A stretch of 64,000 nucleotides of DNA, taken from Paramecium tetraurelia (Eukaryota). The stretch lies in contig CT868163.1 in the NCBI GenBank assembly GCA_000165425.1, forward strand, positions 124,001 through 188,000, in the 5' to 3' direction. Of this stretch, positions 1 through 13,200 are shown piece by piece. The notes under the pieces were generated by a model, which worked only from the letters and a program-made list of their open reading frames with translations, made no database searches and was not told where the DNA came from. Position 1 is the stretch's first letter. The number at the start of each line of letters is the position of its first letter. Position numbers and translations under genes: made by a program.

Positions 1-1888
1 GAAAGTTTGTTAAATTAATTTATGTCTCATAATATGAGGATGTATTTCTTTTGATTCTAAGTTAAAGGTTTTTTGCTTGATAATTGGTTAGCAATCATTT
101 TTGATGACACTCATCATAATCTTCTTAGGAGAATAGGAAGTATTAAGCCGATTTAAGTTGCCATTTGCAATTTATGATAAATAGTAATCGTTGGAATAAT
201 AATAGTCTACAGGATTATGCATATAATTTTTTTAATTATTCACAAAATCAATTTTATTTAATATTCTTTAGAATTTATCATAATCATATATAATTCTTTT
301 TGGTAAAAACTGAAGACGGATTCCATTAAAACCACCATTCTAGGTAGCATTTTGCAAACTCATTTTATGGTTCATTTTGCTTAATTGCACACAACATAAC
401 AAAAAATTAGATGTCGTTAATTTATAATTAATCCATAATATTTTTCCAATTATTTAGAGTGCCCTCATCTTAAAATAAAAGTTTTAATTTCTATAATTCG
501 CTATTTTTCTTATCATTAACGAATTCTATGAAACTATTTAAACATTCCTTCTCAAAATCAATAGATCCACGGTATTTTATTTCAGAATCTTCGGATCTTA
601 CTTATTACTAATTTATTACATTTCAGTATATGAAATCCATCCTTCAAAAAATTCTAATAGTTCCTTTTCGTAAAGCTTATCTTACTATTAAGGATGATTC
701 AACCCTTTCTTATTATAATATATTTTCTTGGTTGGATCTTATTTCGCTTACTTGATCATTTCTTTAAGCTAAATACACAAAGCTTATTAAAACGTTAGCA
801 GATCTCTATAAGTATTATTGTTCGATGAAATTTTAGGTTCTTAATTGTTGCTCTCTTAAATTAATGTATCCTCCTCCTCCCGTTTTGTAGTTTCCTCAGC
901 ATCTTATTTTGGATTTTCTTACATGAAACCATTTTTTTAAGGTAAAACACTCACATAATTAGTATTGTTTTCTAAAAATTTATTTTAATTCTATTATTTT
1001 GTATTTATTTATACTTAATATATTTCCTAATTTTACCCTTATTAATTGGGTTAATTATTGTTTTAAGAATCTTATTGACGATTTTATTTTTAATCTGCAT
1101 TTCCCGGTTAATTATCCTTCTCAACATTTTCGTAATTAGAGGACAATTCAGTGCTGCCTGAATTCTATTCATTAAAATCTGAAATTTGCTTTTCTTATGT
1201 TACTTGAGCAATTACTAAATTTGTCGCATTTGATAATTGAGGAAAATTCAAACTATTAAAGGCACCACTTTCATTCTTTTTCTCCACAAATTTTTGGCCA
1301 TACTATTCTTTTGCATTTATTTATACTTAATCTATTTAATCTTTTTCGCTTTTTTAAAAGGTTTAATTAATATCTTTATCATTAGTTATAGCTTTTTCAG
1401 AACCTTCTTCTTTAAGATTTTGTGATATTTAATGTGCATGTTAAGGTACTTGCAAGTATGAACTTGGATGGTAAAGACTCTTATAATTTTCACTTTTTTC
1501 TTTTTCTTCTTCTAATTTAGACTTAGCCTATTGTATTTTATCATTTTCGCTCATAAACTAGAAATTTGAATTGGTCCCTGCATTCGTACTCTCATTTTAA
1601 TCTGATCCTTGGTTTTCACAATTTTATTAAACACTTTTAGTCTGAGAACCTTGTCCTAGATTTTATTAATATTTTTTCAATACCATTTACTTCCTTACTT
1701 TATTTTTGAGCTGATGGTTATAAACTTAGTTAATTCATGTTAATCAGTTTTTACTTCAAAAATTCATCATTACCCTAATCTATTCTATTTATTTTTACTT
1801 AATGATTTTAATCTGGTTTGCTATTATTCATGGTTTAAAGCTCCTGGCCATTCACATTTTTAACTCCATTTTACTACTGCTTGCTCAT
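1..1888 (-). CDS. Q/N/E-rich hypothetical protein, 3' end runs off the window
   Basis: Code-6 frame MSKQQQNGVKNVNGQELQTMNNSKPD..., 28-nt intron gtattgaaaaaatattaataaaatctag, then open through ...MQENPKQDAEETTKREEEDTL... Confidence 0.7.
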
Positions 1889-1929
1889 TAAAATAAATAT
1901 TACAATTTATTTCTAATTAATTAGATTTT

Positions 1930-4141
1930 ATGCCGAAATTCTAAAAGTATTTAAGACATATCGATATGCTCGTTACTCCTTATGAGTTTAATGTAACAAA
2001 GAGATAGAAATCACTAACAAAACTAGGTACTCAAAATATTGAATTTAGGTGGTTTTTTTTCAATTGCAATTTTAGCACTAATGATTGTGTATACAATAAG
2101 CATCTTTATCTCTTCAATTTCAAAATCCGGATCAATTTATGCAGGAACATAAACATCCAGTGATTTTTAATATTTAGATCAGAACACTTCTCGTTTTCTA
2201 TTACAGTTATCCTATTCCTAAAGCGGAGAAATCATTAATTACGATTAAGAATTTCAAACGTATGTGACTGATATAAATCATAGATATTTGTAATTTAAAG
2301 TTGAATACATTAATCAAGTAAGGCCGTAAAATACATCCCTATATAAAAGAGAGATAAATAGGCTTAACATTTCATAATGTTCCTCAGACGTCATTGATGA
2401 ATTTAAATTCAATACACAATCCATATCTGAGGATTGGAAACATAAGTTCGTATGTTTCAATGGAGGCTACAAATTATCTGGTTCATTCTTTGATCCAACA
2501 TACAACTATTTAAAAGTTTCAGTCCTTAAGTGCAGTAATTCTACGGATTGCAAATCTATTGATGAGATTGAAAGATTGTTAAACAAGGGGTAACAATATA
2601 ATTTTAAGTTTTCGTAGCATTAATGTTAATATTTTCATTTAGGATTCTAAAATCAAATAGACCTTAAATATGACACAACCTTCTGAAGAAAGTGCTTATA
2701 TTGTATTTTGGAGATTAAATGTAGGAATAGCAAATGGAGAAGACATATTTCTATAACCAATCCTAATTGACTTGATTAATAGTAAAAACGTGTTTAGTTC
2801 CTTAATAAATAATGAAGAAGCAAGAACTCGAATCTTTAGATCTTCTAAGGTTGAGAAGTAAGAGAGAAGACAATATCCCATGACACTGAACACAACAGAT
2901 GAATTATGTGCCTTCTATCTAAGGACTTCTTCGGACTCCTAATATTTCTTTGCCTCAAAAACGGAACCTTTTAGTGTGTTCCTTGATGCTGTGTCTTAGG
3001 CTTCAGGATTAACTGTGGCAATCTTAGGATTCGCAAAGATTCTTTATAAGATATATATAGCTCATGAAACTTATGTGAAGGTCATGAATTAGGTGTTTAA
3101 ATTTGATTTTAGGGATAATGCTGTTGTAAAGGACAACGATGGCTTTGAGTCAAGTGGAAAAACAGATAAGAGGAAAGGTTTAGATTAATTGTATTCAAAT
3201 TAGTTAGATTATTCATTTTTAACCTATCTTCAAATTGAATTAAGTAAGATTTTGGGTGATATGTGTTTATTCAAATATTGTTGCAAAAAGCATTACGACA
3301 AGAAAACTGTTATGGCTTAAATAGCAAAGTCTAAGATTATGTCAGATCTGGAATTATCCAATATTGTGAAGAAGTTGTATGAAATTGATTCATTGAAATT
3401 GTTTCTGTTTGATGATGCCTAACTGAAACTATTCAATAGTTTCTCTGAACCTGTGATTTATAAAAAAATTACAGACCATAAAGATGTATTGAAGAAAATC
3501 AATAAAGACTATCAGAGGTAAATAATGAAAGGATCTTTCATAGAAAAATATCAGTTTAAAAATCAGGTGTCTGGACCAATGGATGCATTCTCATCGAAAA
3601 GTATTTACATTATCAATTGTTATCAGTTCCGATTGAGTTGCAATTGTCTAAAATTTCTCGTTTCTTTAAGGCCTAAATTAAAGCATAAAGCGGGGAAGAA
3701 TTGTTAGAAGCCTATTCGAAAATATAGTAAGGAGAAAACTATAATAAAAAGATGAATGAGTAATTGCTCAATTTTATTCAATACAATACCATTTTATATC
3801 AAATGGTAGACTTATCACATAAAGTAATAGTTTTAAGTTAAACTTAGAAATACTCATTGAAATCTATAGATAGAGAAGATATTAAATTGATAAAAGCAAA
3901 ATCTCAATATTCTAAGCTTCCTTAAATGTCTCAAAATTTAGAAAACTATATTATTGATGAAGGAAAGGATTCTGTTTCTGCTAGTTCTCGGAATTCAGAA
4001 ATTTCAATTTAAAAATACGGATATATTAATGCGAATGGAGGTGACAGATAGGTTGAATATGATCCGATCTAAGAGAAAGAGGGAATTCAATCCAATGAAA
4101 TAGATAATTTGTCTAAAGAAAGAGGATAAAAAATTCGTTGA
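1930..4141 (+). CDS. Ciliate-expanded two-transmembrane protein with a large luminal/extracellular loop
   Basis: MPKFQKYLRHIDMLVTPYEFNVTKRQKSLTKLG|GFFSIAILALMIVYTISIFI (TM1), second TM ASGLTVAILGFAKILY, tail motif LELSNIVKKLYEIDSLKLFLFDDAQLKLFNSFSEPVI; short introns; TGA ends 4141. Confidence 0.75.
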
Positions 4142-4329
4142 GTTTTATCAAATTATTTATAAAAAAAGTAGTTAAATAATAAAACACATTATTGTTCTCA
4201 ATGGACCCTAAATTCTTTTCGCTTTGAATTTAACAAAGTTTTCATTGGTGCTTTTGATAAAAAAACTATTAGGACCAATATATTATTAATTGATTAAATA
4301 AAAATAAAAAATACACTTAGAATCTATAC

Positions 4330-5962
4330 ATGGAAAATTAAAACGAAAATCCAGTAGAGACCGATGGGGAACGAGAAATTTCACAAAATCAATAAAATTA
4401 GGAGTCTTAACAAAAAAATGAAGACAATGAAGTTATACCAAAAGATTAAGAATTGGAAGGGGAAAGTGAGTAATAGAGAGATGAAAATGAATAGAAAAAT
4501 GATTAATAAATCATAAAAAATTCAGCAGTGAATGTAAATCAAGAAGAAAATGAATAATAATAATAACCATAAATCCCAGTATTAATTGAAAACGAGAACT
4601 TAAATATTTAGGAATATTTAGAGAAATAGCTGGAAAGGTATAGAAAAATAGAAGCTTAATGTGTTTAGTAAAAAGACAAAGGCGTGCTTAAACGCATAAT
4701 ATCTACTCTTGAGGGTCAATTAGAAAAACTGAAATTTAATATAATAGAACCAATAACGAATGATGTCAGCAACTTTGGTGGGATCAGTTTAATTAAAGAA
4801 CTTGAATAGACTGAAGAGTCTTTCTTTTCGTAGTCTAAGATATAATCCCATCTCAAAGACGTATATAAATTCTATTCTAAAATATTCTATGTAAGAGGTC
4901 CATCAGATGATTTCACGAGAATCAATCATGAATCCTAAACCCTAACAGAGGGTAAGTTTATGATCTTCTGTCGATAATTTGGGTTGATAGACGAGAAAGT
5001 CCATCACATTAAAACTTAATCGAAACAGGGAGAAACAAATAGAATTTTAAATGATACAGTTGCAAACAAATCTATTAAAGGGAATCCTGTCTCTACAAGG
5101 AATCATCCATAAGACAATATGAGAATATTGCCATTTAAAGAACTAGTATACAATATACATAATATATTAGAATCTACTATTTAGGAGAGTTAATCAAAAT
5201 CAAAATGAAATTACATTTATGAATTTTGTCCTTGTATTGAGGGAACTCTCTAAACTAATGTACTAAGAAGATTAGACAAAGGCAGAAATTAAGTTGTTTC
5301 GATATATGGAAGTAGATTCAACTTAATATAAGAATAAATTGAAATCTTTGAATATCCCATTTGAATCAAAAGATGAGTAAGGATTCAGAAAACCAGAGGG
5401 TTTGTAATTGCAAAGATTTGCAAATTATTCTACTGATGAACTCAAATCTAGGAGAATTTTGGTAGAAGAATGGAAGAGTGTAAAAAAATAAGAATTGAGA
5501 GATAAAATGATATCATAAATGGATCAATCACGATCTAAATCAATTATGTTTGAGCCATCTTACATCAAAACGAGTAACTATAGGGAAAGAAAGTTAAGGA
5601 AGATTGGTTTAGATGCAAATACTCATTAGGTTGTGAATTGGGAGAAATTGGATAAATTAGATCCAAAACTACTATTACATGAGGAATTCAAGCCAGAGGA
5701 TTTAATAGAAGAAGATGAGGATGAAGATGATAAATACTACTTGAAAAGTTATGACTTATCTAGATAAAACAATGGAAATGCATAGAAGAAGTATACATAA
5801 AGGATTATTATTTATAGGATTTCATCATTGGATCAGAGATCATCGTAGTCTCAATTAAAGACTGAATCTACCAAAAGGTACATCTAGAACATTTCTAAAC
5901 TTGAACACAAACTTGACAACAAATCTGCTTACATTAAACTGCCCAGATTATAGAATAAATGA
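4330..5962 (+). CDS. Hypothetical protein with acidic Q/E/N N-terminus and possible p25alpha/TPPP-like segment
   Basis: MENQNENPVETDGERE...; LTEGKFMIFCRQFGLIDEK ... ELNLLFRRVNQNQNEITFMNFVLVLRELSKLMY; short introns; TGA 5960-5962. Confidence 0.7.
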
Positions 5963-6005
5963 ATTAAATATATTAAAAGTTCTTAAAATTTTGCAATTAA
6001 AATTA

Positions 6006-6637
6006 ATGATAATTGAGGAATAAATTGAAGAAAAAATGATATATAAAGCCATTCATCGAGTTAAGGTGAATTATCAAAAGAAAATAGACAGGTAGATCAT
6101 ACTAAATAGATTAGATACATTTTGTATAAGAAGTCTAGATGGTTTTTCAATCTACTTTTGATGTTATTGTATGCCTATAGGATTTAAAATATCGGTGGAT
6201 TTTACATTGTTACATATATATACTGTGTTTATCAGTTGCAACTATTAATTGACTACTTTACTCCTCTTGGATTGCCACCAGTTAATTTGGAAGATGAGGA
6301 GGAAGATGATGATTAATTCCAAAATGATTGTAAAGCTTTAAAATTGATATGAAAAGTTTCGGAATTGCCAACAACGCTAAGTAATAAGAATGAGTTGAAT
6401 GATAAAGAATTTAGACCATTGCTCAGAACAACATCAGAGTTTAAGGTTTGGTAAAAAAGTGTATTTTCTGTCATCTTTGCATATTTTTGTACTTACATAC
6501 CAATATGGGATATACCTGTATATTGGCCCTTTTTATTCTGCTATTTCTTTGTTATCGTTGGAATGAGTATACGCAAATATATAAAGCATATGAAAAAATA
6601 TGGCTATACGATTCTTGATTTTACAAAAAAAAAGTGA
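6006..6637 (+). CDS. RER1: Rer1 family Golgi-to-ER retrieval receptor
   Basis: Motifs GGFYIVTY, EFRPLLRTTSEFKVW, DIPVYWPFL, HMKKYGY; one 23-nt intron. Confidence 0.93.
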
Positions 6638-6651
6638 TTTTATATATTAAT

Positions 6652-8294
6652 ATGGATAAATTGTATAATTCTTTGGTTCCGAAATTTAAAGGGATCGCAA
6701 ACTCCTACAAAAACCTGGCCTCTCACACAAAATAAATTGCTTCAAACACCCTTGATAAATTAAACAAATAAGCAATTTAAGGCGACATAGTAGCAATAAG
6801 CAATAGATTATTTTGGATGGAATATCCATCCAATGATAAAATAGAAAAATTATCGAGCTATTTAAACACTAATCATCAGAATCATTACTATATTTGGAAT
6901 GTTGGAGAAAGAGAGTTTACAACTGAATGGTTTTGCAATTAAGTAGAGTGAAAAAGTAAGTAGGTTGCCAATCATTCACATCCAGGATATCCATGTCCAC
7001 CATTGATCGAGCTATTGACGATTTGCAAAAATATAATCTATTTTCTAAGTAGTGATAGGAACAACATTGCAATTGTGTGTTGCCAAGAAACTAGGGGTAG
7101 AAGTATCATGGTAATATCATCATTGTTGGCGATTATGGGTGCTGGTTACGTAATTTAATCTAATATAACATTTTAGCCAGGCGAATGCTTATTAAGAGTA
7201 TGTGAAAAGACCAACACAAAAGATTTCTAAGCCTTATTTCCATCTTAGCATTAATACATCACTTATGTTGGGAATGTCTTAAATGGTCTGAAATTAAATA
7301 GTTCTTGTTTAAGATTGATTTCAATTGTTATATCTGGAATTCCTAAAGTCTAAAATTGCACTATGTTCAGACCATACATCCAATTGTTCAAGAATGACAA
7401 GTCTATCTTCAATTCATTGACTGATGGAGAACTAAAAAATTATTAATAAGGAGATTTAAGTTGCATATTCGATCTCAAAGGAATTGAAGTAAAATCATAT
7501 CAATATCTATTAGCTTTCAGATGACATATTAGTTAGATGCAAACACTTTGAGAATAATAAAACTAGAGTGGCTTTATTCAGAGTTATGTTTAATTGTTCC
7601 TTTTTATTTGATAACGTACTTAGAGTATGGGATAGGGAATTAGATAAAAGTCCATAAATGAAAACAGAGAAAGATTTTTTTGTTGATTTTATTTTTGAAA
7701 GAGGAAATTAAAAATCATTCTAAACTGCAGATAGACCATAAACCTTTAGTAATGAAACCAAGTCATCTAATTAATTATTATTATAAATTGTATAAGAATG
7801 TAAAGGATTAGTAGTAAAAGAAAAGCATGTTATCGATGGATTGGAAGTATAACAACATGAATAAAAGTCCAAAGAAGAAGTATTCAGTTTGGGAAATGAA
7901 ATAGAAAAAAAAGATTACGAGGATTCAGATGAAAAATAAACATAACAAAAACAATAACAAAATAATAATAATAATAATAATAAGAGTATCAAAAACGACA
8001 TTTAACCATAATAATTATATTACAGAATAAGTTAAAAATCCGCCTTAATAGTAATAAGAATAGTCAGCATCACCAAAATAATAACAAATATAAGTATAAT
8101 AGGAATAAATAGAAGTCATCAATTAAAAATAGTAAATTATCAAAAAAGATAATGGATCTGATGAAAGTGAAGATGATGATGAGTAATTAGTTGCTAAGTT
8201 TGAACAAAAGATCTAAACAAAAACAGGAGATAGTGATGAAGATTGTGATGATTTCTTAGATAATTTAATTAAGTAAGGAGATAAACAAGAATGA
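6652..8294 (+). CDS. PTEN/tensin/auxilin-like phosphatase + PTEN-C2 domain protein with Q-rich acidic tail
   Basis: ISNRLFWMEYP, HYYIWNVGER, PCPPLIELLTICKNI, NIAIVCCQETRGRS, PSQHQYITY, LISIVISGIP, FRPYIQLF, DDILVRCKH, LFRVMFNCSF. Confidence 0.85.
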
Positions 8295-8342
8295 TATAAG
8301 AAAATAGTAATTCCAATTGATAATATTATTAATATATTATTA

Positions 8343-9081
8343 ATGTAAAAATTGCATTTGTTTCTAATAGTTACAGTGCTTAGCTGTGATGTTGATGAAG
8401 CTGTAAACGCCTTCAAATCCAAACAAATCAGGGATCCCATACTTTCATACGCAAAGAATCCTTATGAAATTGTTGATCTGGCCTATTAATAAAAAGTTTA
8501 AGATAATCTTAAGGATAGCAAGAGTGTTTGTGCAATTAAATACGATGATGATGAAAAGCAAATGTTATAATATCTTAATATTTAGATATCAATTAAAACA
8601 ATTTAATTCAAAGGAAGAGGCTGAAGAGAATCAATTCATTGTGACTCATTAAGGAAAATGTGGAGCATGTTCTACATTATAAGATTTGGTTGTTTATCTT
8701 AAAACTGACTTGACTAGGCTAGTAAGATAGTGTGGTTTAATGTATGGATTGTCTGAGTATTATCTTTTACAATGCATAAAGGATTTAGGATTTTCAGATA
8801 CATGTGCTTAAGTTTGGTTGTACAATACTTTAAATACAAAAAAATCATGTTTCTGGGTTTGTATGTAATAAATTAATTCTAATACTTAAAGTGGGTCTTT
8901 TTTTACAATTGAAGATTTTGTGAAGAATGGTTAGCTAAATTAATGTTTACAATGTGATGAAGACATTTCCGGACCTATATTTAAATATGAATCTGGAAGA
9001 ACTAGACGCAACTCAGGCATTAAATCAGAAATTGATAGACCAAGTGATTAGATCTATGACATCACACATTGCTATTATTGA
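8343..9081 (+). CDS. Secreted cysteine-rich conserved protein of unknown function
   Basis: Signal-like MQKLHLFLIVTVLSC; VTHQGKCGACSTLQDLVVY, GFSDTCAQVWLYNTLNTKKSC, CLQCDEDISGPIFKYESGRTRRNSGIKSEIDRP...HCYY*. Confidence 0.85.
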
Positions 9082-9120
9082 ATAAGATAACACAATTATT
9101 GTTAATAATTATCTTTTATA

Positions 9121-10199
9121 TCATGCTTCTGGAACAAATTCTCCTAATCCTACTAATTTAGCCAAGTATTTTCCATATTTTGTTAAAAATGTTGACAATT
9201 TAGGAGTATGAGAATCAATTTTGATGGCTAATAAATCTGAGATTGTCAAATAAATGAATCCATTATCTGCAGCTGCCTAAATAACTGATGATTGATTACA
9301 TCCATAATAGCATTGACTTATTTTGTACGATTAATTGGCAATTGTAATTCTTCCTATGCTAATGTCTAAAATTCTTCTCCAAAGATCATCTAATTCTTAA
9401 TAACTTGAGGTAATTCCTCGGTTGATCTGAATCTCAAATCCATGTCTAAATTCTTAAAATGTTTTAAGAACGCCAAAGGAGGAGATTCTAATGCATCTTT
9501 ATCAATCCCCTCAACTAATTTTTCAATTCCTTGATAGAAGTTTTTTGTCAAAAATAAGTTCACTTCAGCTCTTTGTTTATAAAATTATTTTACCTAATTT
9601 ATTTCAAAAAGGCAGCTCCAACCCTTTCTCCTTTATTTACAGCTTCAACTAATTATTCAAAATCATAGTTTGCATCAAATTCAAAGTTAAGGTAATTGTC
9701 TTAGTTCTTAACAATTTCTCTTAATCCTTAAGTTACGAATATGAATTACCATTTTCTAATATTATTTCAAGGCTTCCCTTTATTTTACTTTCTTCATCTT
9801 CTCTGAGTTTAATAGAGAAATAAACATAGGTTTCATCCGAATGGATCTTACATTCAAAGGCCTCAAAACGAGCTAATGATTGATTATTACTTTCTACGTC
9901 TATCTTTAATTTTTGTGATTGATTATATCAATGCATCCTTTTTACCAGGTTGATATCGGAGGAAACAAACTAGAGCCCAATCAATATCAATATGATCTCC
10001 AACTATGTTCTTGAGTGTATCATATTGGTCTATTGCCTTTTGCTCATTGAAGTGGGCTTCAGCTCTCAATTAGATTCTCAAATTATTACCTAAAGGAAAC
10101 TGGACCTTATTCAAATTCATCTCCAAAAGCCACTCCAATTCGAGACTACTCGTAATTAGATTATAATTGATTAGCTTAATCTTTTATAGCTTAATTCAT
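9121..10199 (-). CDS. Hypothetical protein
   Basis: MNQAIKDQANQLQSNYEQSRIGVAFGDEFEQGPVSFR|AEAHFNEQKAIDQY...; several ~25-nt introns restore the frame; TGA at 9121-9123. Confidence 0.75.
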
Positions 10200-10218
10200 A
10201 TTAATTATACACAAAAAA

Positions 10219-13200
10219 TCATAACTTTTTTTATGTTAATAAACCCATCGATTTATTTAGGTATCGCTTAGGTGATAACAATAGTAAGGCTGCCTAACAT
10301 GTTTCTATTGAATCTTTTTACATCTTAAGTATGAGATTCCCCAAAAAACCTATAATACAAAACCCAGCCACGCCCACGCTCAAAGTGAAGATCAACAAAG
10401 TTTGCTTGTAAAAATTCAAAGATTAATCAAACTCATTATAGGCTGTATCGATAATTTGCTTCTGAGCCTTTATTAGTAATTCGCTTCCGTAATCTATATA
10501 AATCAAATGCTCTTGACTTTAATAAAATTCGAAAAGAATGTCTTAAGTATTTTATACATTCTCATCATAAAAAAACTATGGATATTGAGAAATAATCTTA
10601 TCGACTTAGGTCAACAAAGACTTCAATCCTTATTAATAATATGGTAGAAGCCATGGATTCAAGGTCACAGCATCAGTTGACACACAATCAATTCCAATTC
10701 CAGATTCACAAATATTGTTTTAATTCATAGTATCGAGATTCTATTTCAATTTATCATCAGTAAGTGCAGAAATAAATTCATTTGAGTATTGTTCAAAAAA
10801 GTCAGTTGTATCACCACTTAGCACTGATGCGTAATTCTAATAAGTTTGCACTGACATGATGTTTTCGAATAGCGAATTATTTACACTTGAAAATGCTACC
10901 AAATCCATATTATTTATTAAATTAATTACTGACGATTAAACTAATTTAAATTTAAATAGAATTTCTAGATTAGACAATAGATCTTTTGATAAGATAAAAA
11001 TTACTAAGAATATTATCAGGAAATATGCTAAAATAACAAACAACCCAACCATTAATATTACAAAGTATTTAATCTATCTCATTTAAGATTTCTTCAATTT
11101 TTCCATCAATTTATATTTATTCTTTTTATTAGATGAAGAGACTGCCCCTGAACTTATGTCGGTATGCATTTCCCTCCCTGGAGTTAGGGCACTTGTTCTA
11201 TGTTCTCTAACAGTCTCAAACATTTAAGATTCTTAAACAAAATCAATCAACATCCATTCATAAATTGACTTTTTTAATATATTTTCAACTGTTTCGTATA
11301 TTTCAATTTCATCATTTACTTCATTTTATTACAATTTAATAATCTCCTTGTAAAATGTCCGATGACTCTTTCTTAATTTTCCAATTAATGGAATATGGGA
11401 AAATTATAAAATCATAACTAAAAAGAAGATGACCACCATATAAATGATTAAAAGAGTTTAATACGTATTTTCATTGGAGACTCTGTCATCAAAACAGAAG
11501 TCATATGCCTTTTGTGGTAATTCCCCAATACCCTAAAGATTGGCTACGGATGCAAATGTTAATGAGGAATTGTATTTGTAAATATCACTTGTTTCATTCT
11601 ATTTTAACTTATAGAATTAACCAAGAGTAAATTAAATAGTTTATTAAAGTGTTGGTTTAACTTGCACTTTGTCTTCAATATCATAGAAATAATCTAAGCC
11701 TACTTCCACATTATTGATTTCAATGATTTAATTGCTTTAAATATCAATCAACTATTGCAATTCAGAAAAGATTTACTTTTCATAAAATTACTTCAAGATG
11801 TCCGTATTGTCCAAATGGAGTAAATCTGATAACTCCAAACGATACAAACTATGAGTAATTTGAGAATAGGATTTTTAGGTAGCTATCATTAATTCAAGCA
11901 AATTATAGCATCCACTTAGATCGTATTGCATTTATACTGCAACAGAAATAAGGATGATATAACTTACTATTAAAACAAATGTTGTTATCAATAAATACTT
12001 TTGAATTTTAAATGAATTTGGATTCCTCATATCAGAAGTTTTCTACTGAACAATCTTATAATGAGAATCAAATAATTTTAAACCTTCAGAATATTTAACT
12101 TAAAATTCTTCAATGTTTTATTACTAGGAACCTTTGCTCTCTAAAGGTATTTTAGATTCATTATCATTAAAGAAATCTTGCTGTTTCCTTTTTTGATTTA
12201 TTCTAGACAGTGCTTTCTTAGCAATCTCTTTTTCTGGAAACTTCAAATTTGAATAGGATCCTTTAAACTAAATTTCATCTCTACTATGTTCCGAATTTAC
12301 AGAAACTTAGCTCTTCTTCTTTTGGCCTCCTTAAGACTTTTTATCTTTTTCAATGAGAGGTTTACTCCATCTTGATCGATCACTTAACAACAGACCTTCT
12401 GACTTACCATCCTATCTCGGACTATATATTTAATCTGTTTGTAGAATTTATTGATTTTCTACAAAGTAGATGTCTTCATAGTAATGTGAAGGGTGAGATG
12501 GGAAATTGTAATTGATTATATCTCCTTCGTGTATACTCCTCTATTCACTGAAATTTCCTTATACACTCATGGAGTCATCCCCCTCTGTTCTTTATTCTAA
12601 TAGAATCTTTTTCGATTGATAATGCTGATATGTCTATTTAATAGTCTCTCTTAATTATCTTTTGTACCCTTTTTCTGTATTCAATAATTATTAATCATTG
12701 ACAATTAATTCTATTACAAACATCTATTGCTTATGATCGGTATCATTCTTCTTATATCGATATTCTTCATAAAATACAGAGTAAACTACTGGAATAGGAT
12801 TGAAATCCTACGGTGAGAATTTCTCAATGTATTTTGAGTATCTATCCTAATATATTTTTTCAGCCCTGGTTTTTAGTTATTCACTATCTTCCTCACTGCT
12901 AATGGTTTATTTCTCTGGTAAAGATGATTTTGAAGAAGGTCTCCCTTGACTCTTCTGTATTTCTGATTGTCTTGTCTATCCAAATAGTAATGCTTGATGT
13001 CTCTTCAAATGTTCATCATAAAAGAACACACACAACTTCTCATCAAAAATGGTGACTACTTAAACCATACTTTAATGATCACTGTCTTGATAATCACTTC
13101 TTAAACCTCCTCTATAGGCACTTCCAGAAGAAAAATTGTTTGATTACACTCTCACATCATCAACGATCTTTGTAATCACTTTGTCATACTATTCAACAAA

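Noticed and set aside
1..924. Separate gene starting MQENPKQ at 924
   Set aside because: It is in frame with the upstream sequence from ATG 1888.
3518..3543. Intron-like gtaaat...catag in the two-TM gene
   Set aside because: Splicing it causes a premature TGA, whereas reading through keeps the frame.
10219..10908. Separate gene starting MDLVAFSS at 10908
   Set aside because: The frame is continuous with the upstream PAS/TM gene, so this is its C-terminus.
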